NCBI RefSeq assembly: GCF_024521635.1
Contig: NW_026250407.1
Location: forward strand, 806,001-870,000
DNA length: 64,000 nt
Reading direction: 5' to 3'
From: Tricharina praecox
Lineage: Eukaryota
Shown one piece after another: positions 1-13,580 of the stretch (position 1 is its first letter; every line of letters starts with the position of its first letter). A program made the translations under genes and the position numbers. The notes beneath the pieces are model-generated. The model saw only the letters and a list, made by a program, of their open reading frames with translations, ran no database searches and was not told the origin of the DNA.

Positions 1-1026
1 TCACCAAGAGTGCCCTCGGATACAGAGGATGCACCAAGGCTTTCGTAAGTTTACCACTTCTCCCGTTACTCTTACTTTTTGATAATGATACTCATATTAT
101 GACGGATAGTGCAAGGATCGCCATGTCGACTACCACAGACACAAGAAGTTCTGTTTCCAGTACGAGGCCAAGGGCCATTGCGCGCGCGGTACTAGTGAAT
201 GACATCTCTCCATGTTGGGTTGAACTGAGCTGATGGTGGGATGATAGAGTGCCCATACCGTCACTGCAAGACACGTCGGTTGACGTGCAAGTACTTCCTC
301 GCCGGAACTTGCAAGAACGGGAGCGGTTGCATGTACTCCCACGGGGGACACAACCACCTCAAGGTACTGTATCATCCTTCTTGTTCATGGTGAATGTGTG
401 CTGATGTTTTTACAGGGCTACAATGCCATGGCGCCAATCGGGAACGCCGAGTACTGCTCCGACGCGCGTGAGCTGACCTCTGGAGACCACCAGGTCCCCA
501 TGTCAACCTTCAAGGAAGCCACCGCCGAGAAGGAGAGTGCGGAGAGGCTACTCGCCGAGGCAAGAGCCAAGGTGGTAGCCTACCAGCAGGCCCGAAAGGC
601 TGCCTCTCCCCCCGCCACTCTCGCCGAGGCTGAGCTCAGGGCGAGGGCGTTGGCGTCGATGACGCCCAAGGTAGTTCATCCACCACTGACCGATCTTGGG
701 AACTATTGCTGACTGGTAATAAGGTCCTATCTCCCTCCTCCTCCCCCAAGGCCGAGCCTGCCTCAGTCCGTGCCGCCACCCCGCCTAGGGCCGAGCCCGT
801 CGAGGATCCCCTCCCGACCACCTCTAGAAAGAGGGGCAGGGAGGAGGACTCCGACTCGGGTGAGGCCGCCAACAAGAAGGCGAAGCTTCCGGAGATGCCG
901 GCGGGACCCGAGAAGCCGGCTGGCCCCGAGAACTGGGAGTACGCCGCGGTCGTGGTGATCCCTGAGATCACCTATCGCTGGGACGAGGACCAGGCCGACT
1001 ACGAGCTGAGTGAAAACGAGGCCTAA
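1..1026 (+). CDS. Tandem CCCH zinc-finger protein, 5'-truncated by the window edge (introns 45-109, 195-247, 364-415, 671-723)
   Basis: Splicing by eye gives ..GCTKAFCKDRH..CFQYEAKGHCARGTKCPYRH..CKYFLAGTCKNGSGCMYSH (C-x7/8-C-x5-C-x3-H), then continues into ORFs 398..712 and 706..1026 to TAA at 1024-1026. Confidence 0.7.
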
Positions 1027-1425
1027 GGGCCGGAGGAGTAGTTCGGGGGCTGTGTGAGTTTGTACCATAGGAGATACCTTTACCCTTACTATGATCGCGT
1101 CTTTTAATATCTTTTTTGTTCTTTTTTTTCTTTCCTTAAGCGAGGTTCTGGAGTTTGGGCAGGCTGTTTTGGTGTCGATATTTTGGCTGGCGTTGTAACG
1201 ATGTAGATTTGAAGTTCATATTTGTGAACGTTCTCGAGTGAAGCTACTGGTAGAGATTGGAAGCTATCTAGTGGTTTATATAGGATATGGAGAGGATAAG
1301 AGCTAAAGAGCGATTCGTTGGATTACTACATACTGCCCCTACATACTGAGACCGAGTTGCTCGTTATGGAAGATGCTTTGGCCATACGTTACTCAGGCCA
1401 GTGGAGTAGTAATGATTACAACCAA

Positions 1426-1955
1426 TCACAGATCAGCAATCGTCTTCGTATTCCTCCCCAAATCCTCGATATTCTGTTCCCCAGACCCATCATTCTCACG
1501 AGCGTTATCGCCCACATCCTCCTTCTCGCCCAACATCCTCTCGAGGACCTTAGCCTTTGCCCTTCCACGCTTCAGCGTCTCCTCGACCTCTTCCACCGAC
1601 TCCTCATCGTTTTTGAACGGCGGATTTGTCAGCAGCAGAGCCAGTGCCTGAATATTTTTCTGCGCCCGCGCGTTCTCGATTCTGGTCGGGGCACCAGCGG
1701 GAAGCTCAGCGCGAGCACTCCACACTGCGCAGCGGCCCTGCAAGCGGCCCAGCTCTAGGAACTTCTCGAAGCCTTTTTCGAGCCCGAAGATGCGGCCTTC
1801 GGTGCGCCCGGCGGTCTCGCCGTCCGCGACGCCGAGGGCGTGGCCTTCGGCGTAGAAGCTGGTAGAGTGTTAGTGCTAGATCGCTCTGGATGGGTTCGGA
1901 CACCGGAAACTCACTCTTCCTCCAAAGAGAGGAGCCCGTCGAAAAAGTCCGTCAT
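1426..1955 (-). CDS. LTO1: LTO1/ORAOV1-family (Yae1/DUF1715) Fe-S maturation adaptor for Rli1; intron 1859-1914
   Basis: MTDFFDGLLSLEEEFYAEGHALGVADGETAGRTEGRIFGLEKGFEKF: GX3 repeat pattern typical of the family. Confidence 0.8.
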
Positions 1956-2555
1956 GGTGCTTTGCGAGAGTTTTCTTCAGTGGTTTCTATGATGACATGG
2001 GTGGCGGCGGTGGTGGTTCGTCCAGCCTTCCTTCCTTGTCCCACCCACGTGAGGCGAAGCTTAGTATGTAGCGCCTCTAACTACGGAGCGAGATCGGACT
2101 CTGTCGGAGTGAGCTTCCGCCGATCGCATCCCACCCACCCCCCGCTCGCCCACGCCGCCCGCATAGCTCCAAAGCAAAGCACAAGCTCTATCGAACTCTG
2201 GGGGTTGCCTTGACGACTCACGACACCACAACAACACCACACAACACGACCCCACACAACCACACACCCCCTTCAAATAGATCCGCATCATAGATACATA
2301 CAGCCCTACCTACTCTACATACCACCCCTTCCCCTCCGCCCTACCCCCCACGCACCTCCCGCTCACCTCCCTCCCTCCCTCCCCGTTACATTCATATCCA
2401 GCCTAACGGTGCGGATCCCACCCTATCACCGGCCTCCAGTCTCACCGTCCACCCACCCACCCGGCGTCCACCCCCCGCAACCAACCATCCCATCCCACCA
2501 CCCGGCGCCTCGGGACAGGACAGGAGTCAGGACAGGACATCGATCAGCTTTCGCC

Positions 2556-3490
2556 ATGACCTCATTCATTAACACCATGTCCATCCCCCCTCGTCCCCGT
2601 CCCCGTCGCCGTCGCCGTCCCCTCCCTAAACCTCTAGCTAACATAACATTGCAACAGCCACCAAAAGTCGCGTCCATTCAAGCCAAAGTCGTCGTCGCGT
2701 GGCACGAGCAGCTACCAGCTGCGCCAGTATGCCGAGCAGACGCTGGGTTCCGGGAGCTTACGGAAGGTTGTGAAGCTGCCCGAGGGCGAGGATATGGATG
2801 AGTGGTTGGCGGTCAATGGTATGTCGTGTTGTGTTGAATGGGGTGGTGGTGAAGGTGAAGGTGAAGGCACCGGTACTGACCGGTGGATGTGTGCGGGGTG
2901 TATAGTCGTCGATTTCTACAACCAGATCAATCTGTTGGTATGTTAGCAGAATGGCAGTTTCGATGCGATGACGACTGACTGACTGGCGGGCGATGATAGT
3001 ATGGCTCGATAACAGAGTTCTGTTCGCCCACGACCTGTCCGGAGATGAAGGCCACCGACGAGTAAGCAAGCTCTCCCTCGCGTGCCGTCCCCACTCTGCT
3101 CACCGTTCCAGGTTCGAGTACCTCTGGCAAGACAGCGGCAAGTACAAGCGGCCGACGAAGATGCCTGCGCCGGAGTACATCGAGCACCTGATGGCGTGGG
3201 TGCAGTCCAACATCGACAACGAGGCGATCTTCCCGTGCCGGATCGGCGTGCACTTCCCCAAGAACTTCCAGAGCACCGTTCGCCAACTGATCAAGCGGCT
3301 GTTCCGCGTGTACGCGCATATCTACTGCCACCATTACCCCGTCATCGTCGCCCTCGGTCTGGACCCCCACATGAATACGAGCTTCAAACACTACGTGCTC
3401 TTCATCAAGGAGTTTAATCTCGAGTCTGGACGCGACTTTTATGGGCCGTTGTCGGATATGGTCGATACCATCTTGAGGGCGGATAACTAA
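2556..3490 (+). CDS. MOB1: Mob1 kinase activator (4 introns)
   Basis: [64 protein letters not shown]. Confidence 0.95.
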
Positions 3491-4216
3491 ACCGGTTGTA
3501 CTGCTTTACTTGTCTGTTTGATTCACGACCGGCTGAACTGTTGCTCTTTACGTATTCTTTTTTTTCTTCTTCTTCCTTATTCTTTCGTCTAATGTTCTGT
3601 TCTTTATGACTGTTTGTTTGCATGGCATGGGCATAGCAAATTTGGGTCTTACGTGAGTTATGTTACTGCTGCTGATGGCGAATGCTGGGAAAGGGGGGTG
3701 GGGGAATACACGGCGTTATAACTGTTATGCTATGTGTTGTTGGATTGTTGGTTGTACGATAAGGCTGGTTTTTTCATGCTTTCATTCCTTTTCCGTAATT
3801 TGTTGAGCGTGTTGTCTGTCGAATTATACCCAGCTTGTTTCCTACCTATGCGGCCGCCTGCTCGTTGCGATTGCTTGCTTGATTGGTGCGGTGCGGTGCG
3901 TTCGAATTGGATGTTTATGGTGAGTGTGATTTGCAGTGATGCGAGTCGAGTGTCCATTGTTCTGTCACCGGAGCAGAGAACGGAAAAACAAATCATTTTC
4001 TCCATCGTACCTTACTCAACGTTGAAATAGCACGACCAACAAACACAGCGGATCAAAGGTAAAAAAAAAACGAAGCAAATCGCAACCACGCCGATACCCC
4101 CCGGATCCATCCATCATCATTCACTACACTACAATTACACCACCTACCCATCCCTACCCTAACCGCATCCATGCCACCCCACCCCACCCCCAATCCGAAT
4201 TTGGTTTTGCCTTACT

Positions 4217-6158
4217 TTAGAAGCGGTACTTCTCCTTCTTCCGCTTTGCATTTTCCTCCTCGCGCTTCTGCCGCTTCCGCGACTCTTGCGCAATCATGTC
4301 GCTCAGGTCCTCCTGGAACTGGAATCCCTGGCGCTCCCTCCGCTGCTCCTCCTGCGCCTGCTCGTACCGTCGCTTCACCGTCTCCGAGGTCAGGCCGTCC
4401 TCCTCAAGCTGGCTGGGGTCTAGTGCAACATCCACGTCACCTGGCTTCTTCCTCTGTGAGTGCGGGGGGTTGTTAGTGACTGCGTCTACTGGATGAGGAG
4501 GGGGGAGGGGGAGGGGGGGTACCTTTCGGTCTTCCTGGCCAAGAACAGGCAGGTTGGCATTCGCGTTCTTGATGTCGTAAGCGCGCTCGCCACCAAAGAA
4601 GCCCTTCGTTTTGATCGAGTGCTCGGGTAAGACTTGGTACAGGCTTCGCCTCTCGGCATCTTCCTCGGTCTCGGTTCCATCCCTGCGTTTCCGCAGCTCG
4701 AACTGGTCCACTGGCTCGAACTCGCTGGGTACGCTGGAGACCATCCCGCTAGGCGTCTCTGTGCCACTGGGGGTCTGGATACCGTGTGCGACGCTCTCCT
4801 CCTCGGCTTCCTCCTCCTCGTCCTCCTCATCCTCGTCCTCTTCCTCTTCGCTCTCCTCCTCTTCCTCTTGTAGCTCGCCCCATAGCGTCTTCTCCACTGG
4901 TTCGCCGGTTTGCGTAGGGGCCTGCGGCTGGAGGACACCGAAGACGTCACCATACAACGGACGGTTGTACTCGTCTGTAGGCGGCTTTCCGTATCCACCG
5001 GGATGGAATCCCCACTGGGCTCCCGGCGGAATGGGGGCGTTGAGACCAGGGATCTTGAGTGATGGGTATGACGGTGGTGGTCCGAAACGCTGCATGTTGA
5101 TCAACCATGGTGGCGGAGCGCCGGGGGGCATGTTTAACGCCTCCTTCAACTCTTCTGACAACTCGCCGGGACGACGGCCCTTCAGATTCGTTTCGAACTC
5201 CTTTCCTTCGTAGTAGACCTCTCCATACATCGTCAACGTCGGCTTTGTCTGGAATCGGAAAAAGGCGTCGTGCAGCTTCTGGTAATCAATGTCAAGTTTC
5301 CCCATCTTTGGCTGCACTCTCTCCCGCATTTTCGACTTCATCGACTGGCTCTCCTCCTTCTCCCGCACGGAGTCGCGCATCTCCATGATTCCGGTGTCCT
5401 TGATGAACTTGGGAAGCTCGAACGGCGGCTTCTCGATACCACGCTTCGACGAGAGGTATTCGCGCTTCAGCGACCAGTGGGTAGGCACAGGAACGCAGTT
5501 CCGGTAGGACTTGAGGTGCACCAATAACCGGGGATCATTCGCCGATGTATCTGTCCACTCCACGGTCTCGGGACGCTTCACTAGCGCCTTGAGTTCGGCA
5601 ACGCTAAGCTTGTTGCGCGCCTTCCGCGCCTTCTTACTGAGTTTGGGCTCCTCCTTCTCTTCGTCTTCGTCGGGGATGAAGTCTTCTTGTCCCATCACCT
5701 CACCCTTTTCCTCCTCAATCGCTGCGTGGTCCTGCGGCCGGAACCGGTCCAGGATCTTCCTGTACTCGCTGAAGGTGGGATCATTCTCGTCGATGCCGAG
5801 GTCGTCGAGCTCAAAATCGGGGATCTCATCGGGCGTGATGAGAGGTTGTCTTGACTGTTGCTTTTCGGGTTCCTAAAGAGTAGAAACAAGCGTACGCGTA
5901 AAGGGTCAGCCTCGTGCCACACACAAGACAAGAAAAGGAAGGAAGTTGCACACACGCGCACGCCATTGGGAACAAACTTACCGACTCGCTCTCCGACTCG
6001 CTGGCCGATACCACACTGCTCTCTCGCGACGATCCTCCAGCCTTCTGCTGCTTCTTCTTCGCTCGTCGCAGCTGGTTCTTGCTAAGCTTCTGCTTGGGTT
6101 TAGCAACTCCGTTTGCGACTGCGACCGGAGCTCCCGGTGTTTCTGTGGCAGTAACCAT
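4217..6158 (-). CDS. CUS1: U2 snRNP SF3b subunit 2 (SAP145/Cus1); 2 introns, including stop-free intron 4454-4522
   Basis: VPVPTHWSLKREYLSSKRGIEK, LDIDYQKLHDAFFRFQTKP, PSP domain PPPWLINMQRFGPPPSYPSLKIPGLNAPIP, C-terminal KYRF. Confidence 0.95.
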
Positions 6159-6771
6159 GGTACAGACCGTTATTGCCTTTCTGGTCGAGGTCGTACGTGG
6201 GAATCCGAAAGGGCGAGTGATTGATCGTATGTGTAATGTGGAGAATGTATGTGGAGGGAAAAGTTGATGTTGGGATGGTGGTTGGGAGGAATGGAGTTGT
6301 GGATTACATCTAGCGTGATATTTCGCGTCTGTTCGGCTTCTTGCCTTCAAAAGATACATCGCTTACCCGGACGTGAATAAGGTTAGCGTTTTGGGATAGC
6401 GCCCAATGCTATTTCGCCACAAAGTGGTTCGATCGTGAGGAGTGCTCACGAACCCCCACACACAAGATAGTAACTCTTCATGATCCAAATATTTTGTTAC
6501 ATTGTAACTGGTATTTCCCGAGGCGAGCCTATGTACATATCGGACGCTGCGAACGAAGCTTCCCCATGATTCCATATCGGCCCTGCTATCACCCTCGGTC
6601 GCACGCTTGCCTCAAAACACAATCCATCCCAGAAGAAGTAAGGAAAAAATACGAAAAAATAAAGGAGAGCGAGCGTGCGAACAATTTCACGGTACTGGAA
6701 TTGCAAAAAATTGAGATCGTCAAGTCATTGCCGAGTAGGTGTGTGTATGTTGTGTGTTTCGCACCGAGCGT

Positions 6772-7120
6772 TCACCGCTTCCTCTCGAAGTAGGCGCTGG
6801 TGCCCATGAAGGCGATGCTCTGATCCATCACCCACTCGCCGACGTTGAGGTACTTGTCGACGGCGGATCGGACCTCTTTGGACTCTATTTTCTCGGTTTT
6901 GATGCTGAGGCTGGCGTGTTAGTTTCAGCTCAGGAAACAGAAGCATGTTCCTGCCACCGAGGGAGACCTACGAGAGACCGGTCGAGCGCTTCACTCCCGC
7001 GAGGAACGCAGAGATCAGGATGGCGTCGAAGCCGTAGTGAGCTATTTTTCCGAGCTGTGCAGTGGTGTGGTTAGCTGTCTGTAGCACGCCTTTAGGGGGG
7101 GGACGCTGGCTAACAACCAT
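6772..7120 (-). CDS. ATG44: Mitofissin Atg44 (DUF1748), 75 aa; exons 7120-7115, 7054-6972, 6910-6772
   Basis: Spliced product MVLGKIAHYGFDAILISAFLAGVKRSTGLSLSIKTEKIESKEVRSAVDKYLNVGEWVMDQSIAFMGTSAYFERKR; LAGxKRxTGL and YLNxGE motifs match yeast Atg44 as remembered; both introns have GT, CTAAC and CAG. Confidence 0.85.
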
Positions 7121-7567
7121 AATGGATGGTGAGGGGATGGTTATGCAACTACTAAGTATATGCGAGGCTTTGAGATGGGGGATGGTTGAGAGTGATGATT
7201 GAGTGGACTGGTGGAGATGGGGGTGGAGATGGTGGTTGGTGGGTTCCTTTGAGGCTGGAACGGGGACGGGTCAACAGCTGGCAAGCAGAGCTTTGGGGTT
7301 GATCGGTGAGTAAGTTAATGGTAGTGGAGGCGGAGGTTGGTGGCATGTGCGCAGCGCCCACGGGTCCAAGAGCCCTGGGAAATCGGCTGCTGACCTGATC
7401 GGCAAGTTCCGACCACACCCAATTTTTGACCCCACCAGAACTCAGTTATGTGAGTCTTCAGAGTCACGCTTGTGGCGAACGTGCATAAGTTCGCTCTCAC
7501 CTTCGACGCGAAGGCTCAAAATATTGCAGACTTCGTCATTGGCAGCCAGTCAATCCTCACATACTCA

Positions 7568-10500
7568 ATGCCGCCACGAAAAGCTCCAGCTGTCGCCGCG
7601 TCGCGGCCGTTGAAGTCCAGCACCGCTGCCGAAGACCACAAGCCTCCGAAGAAGGCTACCGATTCGTTCGACGAGCTGCTGGAAACGTACTACAAGGGAA
7701 AGCACATTACCGATCCCATCAGCACGGCCGAAGACAAATGGACGCTCCTCCCGGCCTTTCTGAAAGTCAAGGGGCTGGTCAAGCAGCACATTGATTCGTT
7801 CAACTACTTTGTGGACGTGGAGCTGAAAAAGATTGTCAAAGCCAACGAGAGGGTTGTGAGTGATGTGGATCCGCAGTTCTTTCTACGGTAACTGTCCCCT
7901 TCTCTGATGCAGACCGCAGTTGGACTGACGTGGTCCCAGGTATACAGACATTCGCGTGGGCTCGCCACAGCGTATGGATATCGAAAGTAACGCCGAAATA
8001 ACGCCGAACGAATGTCGATTGCGGGATCTTACCTATGCAGCGCCGATCTACGTCGATGTCGAATATGTGCGCGGAAAGCAGATTGTCCGACGGCAAGGCA
8101 ACTTTATCGGCCGACTGCCAATAATGTTGCGCAGTAACAAATGCGTTTTGATGGGCAAGGACGAGATGGAAATGGCACGGCTGAACGAGTGTCCATTGGA
8201 TCCAGGTGGATACTTTGTCGTTAACGGGACGGAGAAGGTCATTTTGGTCCAGGAGCAGCTTAGTAAGAACCGTATTATCGTGGAGAGTGAGCCAAAGAAG
8301 GGCATCGTTCAGGCCTCTGTGACCAGGTACGTGGTGCAATTCATTTGGAAGCGTATTCCCCGCTGATACACGGCATGCAGTTCCACTCATGAGCGGAAAT
8401 CGAAAACATATGTCTTGACAAAGAAAGGCTGCATCTACCTCCGACACAACTCCCTCAACGAGGATATACCCATTGTTCTTGCCCTAAAAGCGATGGGAAT
8501 TCAGTCGGATCACGAAATCCTTCTACTCGTTGCAGGAACCGATATGGTGTACCAGGATACCTTCTCGATCAACTTCGAAGAGTGCTCAAAGCTCAAGGTA
8601 TTCACGCAGAAGCAGGCATTGGAGTACATGGGCACCCGGACGAAGAAAAGGGGACCCCCTGGACTGCAGCCCAAGCGGACACCCGAGCGGGAAGCACTTG
8701 AGGCCCTGGCTACAATTGTGTTGGCCCATGTGCCTGTTGAGAACCTGAACTTTAGACCAAAGGCGCTCTACATGGCTTTCATGGCCAGACGAGTGATCCA
8801 AGCCATGACCAATCCTGCCTTGGTTGACGATCGTGATTATGTTGGAAACAAGCGGCTGGAATTGTGAGTGTCTCAATCCGATGCGAGTAAACAACAAATC
8901 CTAACGTTTCTCACAGGGCAGGACAGTTGCTCTCTCTTCTGTTCGAGGATCTCTTCAAGAAGTTCAACAGTGATATGAAGATGAGCATCGACAAGACACT
9001 CAAGAAGCCATCCCGAACTTCTGAGTTTGATGCTCTACCGCTGTTGAACAATGGAGCAAGCATGATTACGCAAGGAATGAACCGGGCGATTTCCACTGGA
9101 AACTGGTCGCTAAAACGTTTCAAGATGGAGCGTGCTGGTGTTACCCACGTCCTCAGTCGCCTGTCATATATCAGTGCGCTTGGTATGATGACCCGTATCT
9201 CATCCCAGTTCGAGAAGACCCGTAAAGTCTCGGGACCTCGTGCACTTCAGCCCTCTCAGTTCGGCATGTTGTGTCCATCTGATACTCCCGAAGGAGAGGC
9301 TTGTGGTCTGGTGAAGAATTTGGCATTGATGACACACATCACAACCGACGACGAAGAAGAGCCCATCAAGCAGCTTGTGTTTGCACTAGGTGCTGAGGAT
9401 GTCACTCTTGTGAGTGGCTTCGAGTTGTATTCTTCGGGCGCATACATTATCTTCATCAACGGAACCTGCTATGGACTCACTCGGTATCCCAAACGGTTCC
9501 TGGAGACTTTCCGCAAGCTGAGGAGGTCAGGAAAGATTTCAGAGTTTATCAGTATCTACATCAATCATCACCATAATGGTGTCCACATCGCTACCGATGG
9601 AGGAAGAATCTGTCGGCCGTTGGTTATCGTTGAGAATAAACGCTCGAGGGTTACCTCACGACATCTCAAGGTACGATATCGTCATCATCCGGTTTACTTT
9701 CTATTACGCAAACTAACGATCTGAAGTCCTTGGCAGCAGGAAGGATGACGTTCGAAGATTTCCTTAAGAGGGGACTGGTCGAATACGTCGACTGCAATGA
9801 GGAGAACGACTCTCACATCGCCATATACGAGCATGAAATCGGTGATACCACAACCCACATTGAGATCGAGCCCTTCACTATCCTCGGAGCCGTGGCCGGA
9901 TTGATCCCATATCCGCATCATAATCAGTCACCTCGTAACACATACCAGTGTGCTATGGGTAAGCAAGCGATTGGGGCGATTGCATACAACCAGTTTTTGC
10001 GCATTGATACGTTACTGTATCTCATGGTTTACCCGCAGCAGCCTATGGTCAAGACCAGAACAATTGAGTTGATCCAATATGACAAGCTGCCCGCTGGGCA
10101 ATCCGCCATTGTTGCCGTCATGAGTTATTCCGGCTACGATATTGAGGACGCTCTGGTGCTGAACAAAGGATCTGTCGATCGAGGATTCGGACGCTGTCAG
10201 GTATTCAAGAAGTATGTCACTACCTTGCGGAAGTATCAAAACGGATCTGCAGACCGCATCGGGGACATCAAACGGCAAGTAAACTCTGCCGGCGAAACGG
10301 TGCCTATCGAGAAGCACGCCGCATTGGAAGCAGACGGTCTCGCCGCCGTTGGTGAGAAAATTAAGGATGAACAAGTTTACATTAACAAACAAGTTCCCGT
10401 CAATACCGCCGACATGCCGCAGCTCCTCAACGAAACTCGCCCACCAGATGAATATAAAGACGCCCCGATGAGATACAAACTCCCGGACCACGCATACATC

Positions 10501-11421
10501 GACAAGATCATGATCTCGACGGCGGAGAACGAGCAGACTCTTATCAAAGTCTTGACCCGCCAGACTCGGCGCCCGGAGCTGGGTGACAAGTTCTCTTCTC
10601 GACACGGACAGAAGGGAGTTACTGGTATCATCGCCCAACAGGAGGATATGCCGTTCAATGATCTGGGAATTACCCCGGATGTTATCATGAACCCCCACGG
10701 TTTCCCCTCGCGAATGACTGTCGGGAAGATGATCGAGCTGCTAGCAGGCAAGGCGGGTCTGATGAATGGAAAGTTGCAGTACGGAACTGCGTTTGGCGGT
10801 AGTAAGGTGGACGACATGGCGAATATCCTGGTGGAAAACGGGTTCAGTTACTCCGGGAAGGACTTCGTCACTTCTGGTATACCACTACCATTCCGTAAAC
10901 AGAAAAACATAGCTAACCAGTATACAGGAATCACCGGAGAATCACTCGAAGCATACATCTTCTTCGGCCCCATCTACTATCAAAAGCTGAAGCACATGGT
11001 CCAAGACAAGATGCACAGTCGATCGCGCGGACCGCGCGCCGTCCTCACCCGCCAACCAACAGAAGGTCGTTCGAAAATGGGAGGACTCCGTCTCGGAGAG
11101 ATGGAGCGTGACTGTCTCATTGCCTACGGAGGTTCGTATTCCCCACTCCACCGTCCGTCCAGTCTTCAGCTGCTAACCAAAGACATAGCCTCGCAACTCC
11201 TCCTGGAACGTCTCATGCTCTCGTCCGACGTACACGAGGTGGACCTGTGCGAGCAGTGCGGACTGATGGGCTACAGTAATTGGTGCACCACGTGTCAGAG
11301 CTCGAAATCGGTCACAAAGATGAAGATTCCGTATGCGGCAAAACTGTTGATTCAGGAGCTGCTCAGTATGAATGTGCTCTGCAGGATAAAGCTGAAGGAT
11401 AAGTTCCCATCCTCTGTGTAA
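7568..11421 (+). CDS. RPC2: RNA polymerase III second-largest subunit (6 introns)
   Basis: [48 protein letters not shown]-terminal Zn ribbon CEQC..CTTC. Confidence 0.97.
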
Positions 11422-11759
11422 AAACATGGAGGCTACAAACAGATCGAGAGGACGGGTGGAGGTGCGAGGTGCGGGTAGGGAGGGGGAGTAGATACAATGG
11501 AAATAGGTTGTGTTTATGGGTGGCGTTTGTGAGGACGGTTTAAATGTGCTTGTGCTTATGTCTTTTTTTTACATACTTTTCCCTTCATGTGTCTCTTCCT
11601 CTTGCTTGTATTGGGTACCTAGTACATCAATCTGCTGTGACACGAAAACGAAATGTGAACGAATGGATGGTTAGTTCCTCAAAGCATGCTGCAGTACGAA
11701 GCTCTATTACACAAGACGTAGATACAGTTCACGCTCTATCAATTCAAAGCGCCTTGTGA

Positions 11760-13254
11760 CTATGCCCTCTCACTTCCTCTCAAACGAACCGCCTGCCCAA
11801 ACTTCTGCAGTTTGGTCAACAGCTGGTCTCCCTGCTTCACCACATCGTTGTATTGTCGGTTCTTGTCGTCCGGTCGATTGGTCTCGATGGTACCGTTTAC
11901 GCGGTCGATGGTGCAGTTCAGCTTCTTTGATGGGATGAACTTTGACAGATCACTGCGATGTTTCGTTAGTAAGTGCGACGTGAGAGGTTGTAGGGCGAGA
12001 GCGCGTACCGATCCAGCCATTCCACGGATACACCGAACTGTTCCGCCATGTTCTGTAGGGAGACCACACGGTAGCTCTCGAGGAGCTGGCCATAGGCACG
12101 CCGTCTCATCTCGCGGACAAACCTGTGTGGTGGATGAGTTAGTCGAGATGTCACTCGCATGTCATCAGGCAAGATCAAACTTACCAAGGCTTGTGCTCAG
12201 CCAAGATCCTGTCCCGCTTCAAGAACTTATCTTCGACCTCTGCCAGAGAGTAGAAGAAGCTCTTGTAGTCACAGGTATAGAAGCTGTTGATCAACATCTC
12301 GAGGAATTCGTAGCCGTCGGTGTTGGTGGCATCAACCATGTCGACGTCATCGTCGGGGTTCGGAGCTCCCTTGCTTCCCAAAACAGCCAGCACCTCGGCC
12401 GAGTCGACAACTTTCTTCTTGAAGTCGACACGGTCCAGAGACATCGTACCGGCCAAGACGGCGTACAACACCAGCGACGTGTAGGCGCACACTTCGTACG
12501 AGGTGAAGGTGGAGAGCGATTCGAGGAGCAACGGAGCGGCTTCGGCGAAATGGCGGGTGGAAAGAAGGTGCAGTCCGTTGTAGGACTTCAAACGGTTACG
12601 GCGATCCCAGTCACCTCCGCTTTCAACGAGTCTGTTACATCAAATATTAGAACCATAGTCTAAGTGGCGGCCGGGGAGATATGGACATGCCGCTGAGCGC
12701 GCTCGATGTTCTCTGCCACTCCGTACTTGTCGCCGAAAAACATCTGCATCCGGATCATAGCGAGAACTATATCAATTTTGGCGCCGGTAGACGCAGTCTT
12801 GATGAGAAGCTCCTCGTACGCCGTCAATGATTTCTCCTACACACACAGCCAATGTTAACGATGTTCCCACCCCACCAGGCCCATTATCACCCACCTTGTC
12901 TCCCACTCTGGCCCAGAACTCCGCCTTCTTTCCCATCGCCGCCACAATCTCCGATTCACCCGCCTTCTCCTCCGCCTCTGTCAGCTCCTGGTCGTATCCA
13001 CTCAGCTCCTCGTCATTCTTCTTCTTGAGCTCGTTGTAGTAGGTCTCATCCCACGGGATCTCGTTGATCAAGATTCCGTCCACAGGGTTGGCGAGGTAGC
13101 GGTATAGTGGTGCTTGCGAGTGCTCTTTGATCGATGTGGTGAGAACTTTCTTTGCAGCTGGGTACGACGCCGACAGTCCAGGCTGCCTGAGCGTGAAGAT
13201 GTGTTGCGACAGAAGCAAGTTCGGGTACGTGGCGTATTGCGGATCCGAGCCCAT
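11760..13254 (-). CDS. RPN7: 26S proteasome lid subunit Rpn7 (4 introns, one GC-AG)
   Basis: [58 protein letters not shown]. Confidence 0.95.
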
Positions 13255-13580
13255 GATTGCTAGCTGTGGAGGTTGTTCGATGAGTCGCGGTGAAGATGGA
13301 TGGATGGGATCGAAGATGGCGAAGCAATGAAGATAGGGTTGGTTGTTGCTTCTCTATCTTCCTACAGCTGTTTGGAGCACCTTCAGGCGGGACAACGGCG
13401 GGTAAACATCCAACTGCCACATTCGGAGCTACCGCATGGTTAGCGAGGACTTGAGCAGAGCCGCAGGTATGCCACTATGCCGCCAGGCGCTTTAGTCTTA
13501 AGTAGGTATTTCGAGAAAATCGTCACCCGGACCGGAGGAGAGAGAACAACTCCAGCGACAGCACGGCCTATTCCCAATCA

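Noticed and set aside
6361..6450. tRNA near GGTTCGAT
   Set aside because: No cloverleaf stems around the T-loop-like motif.
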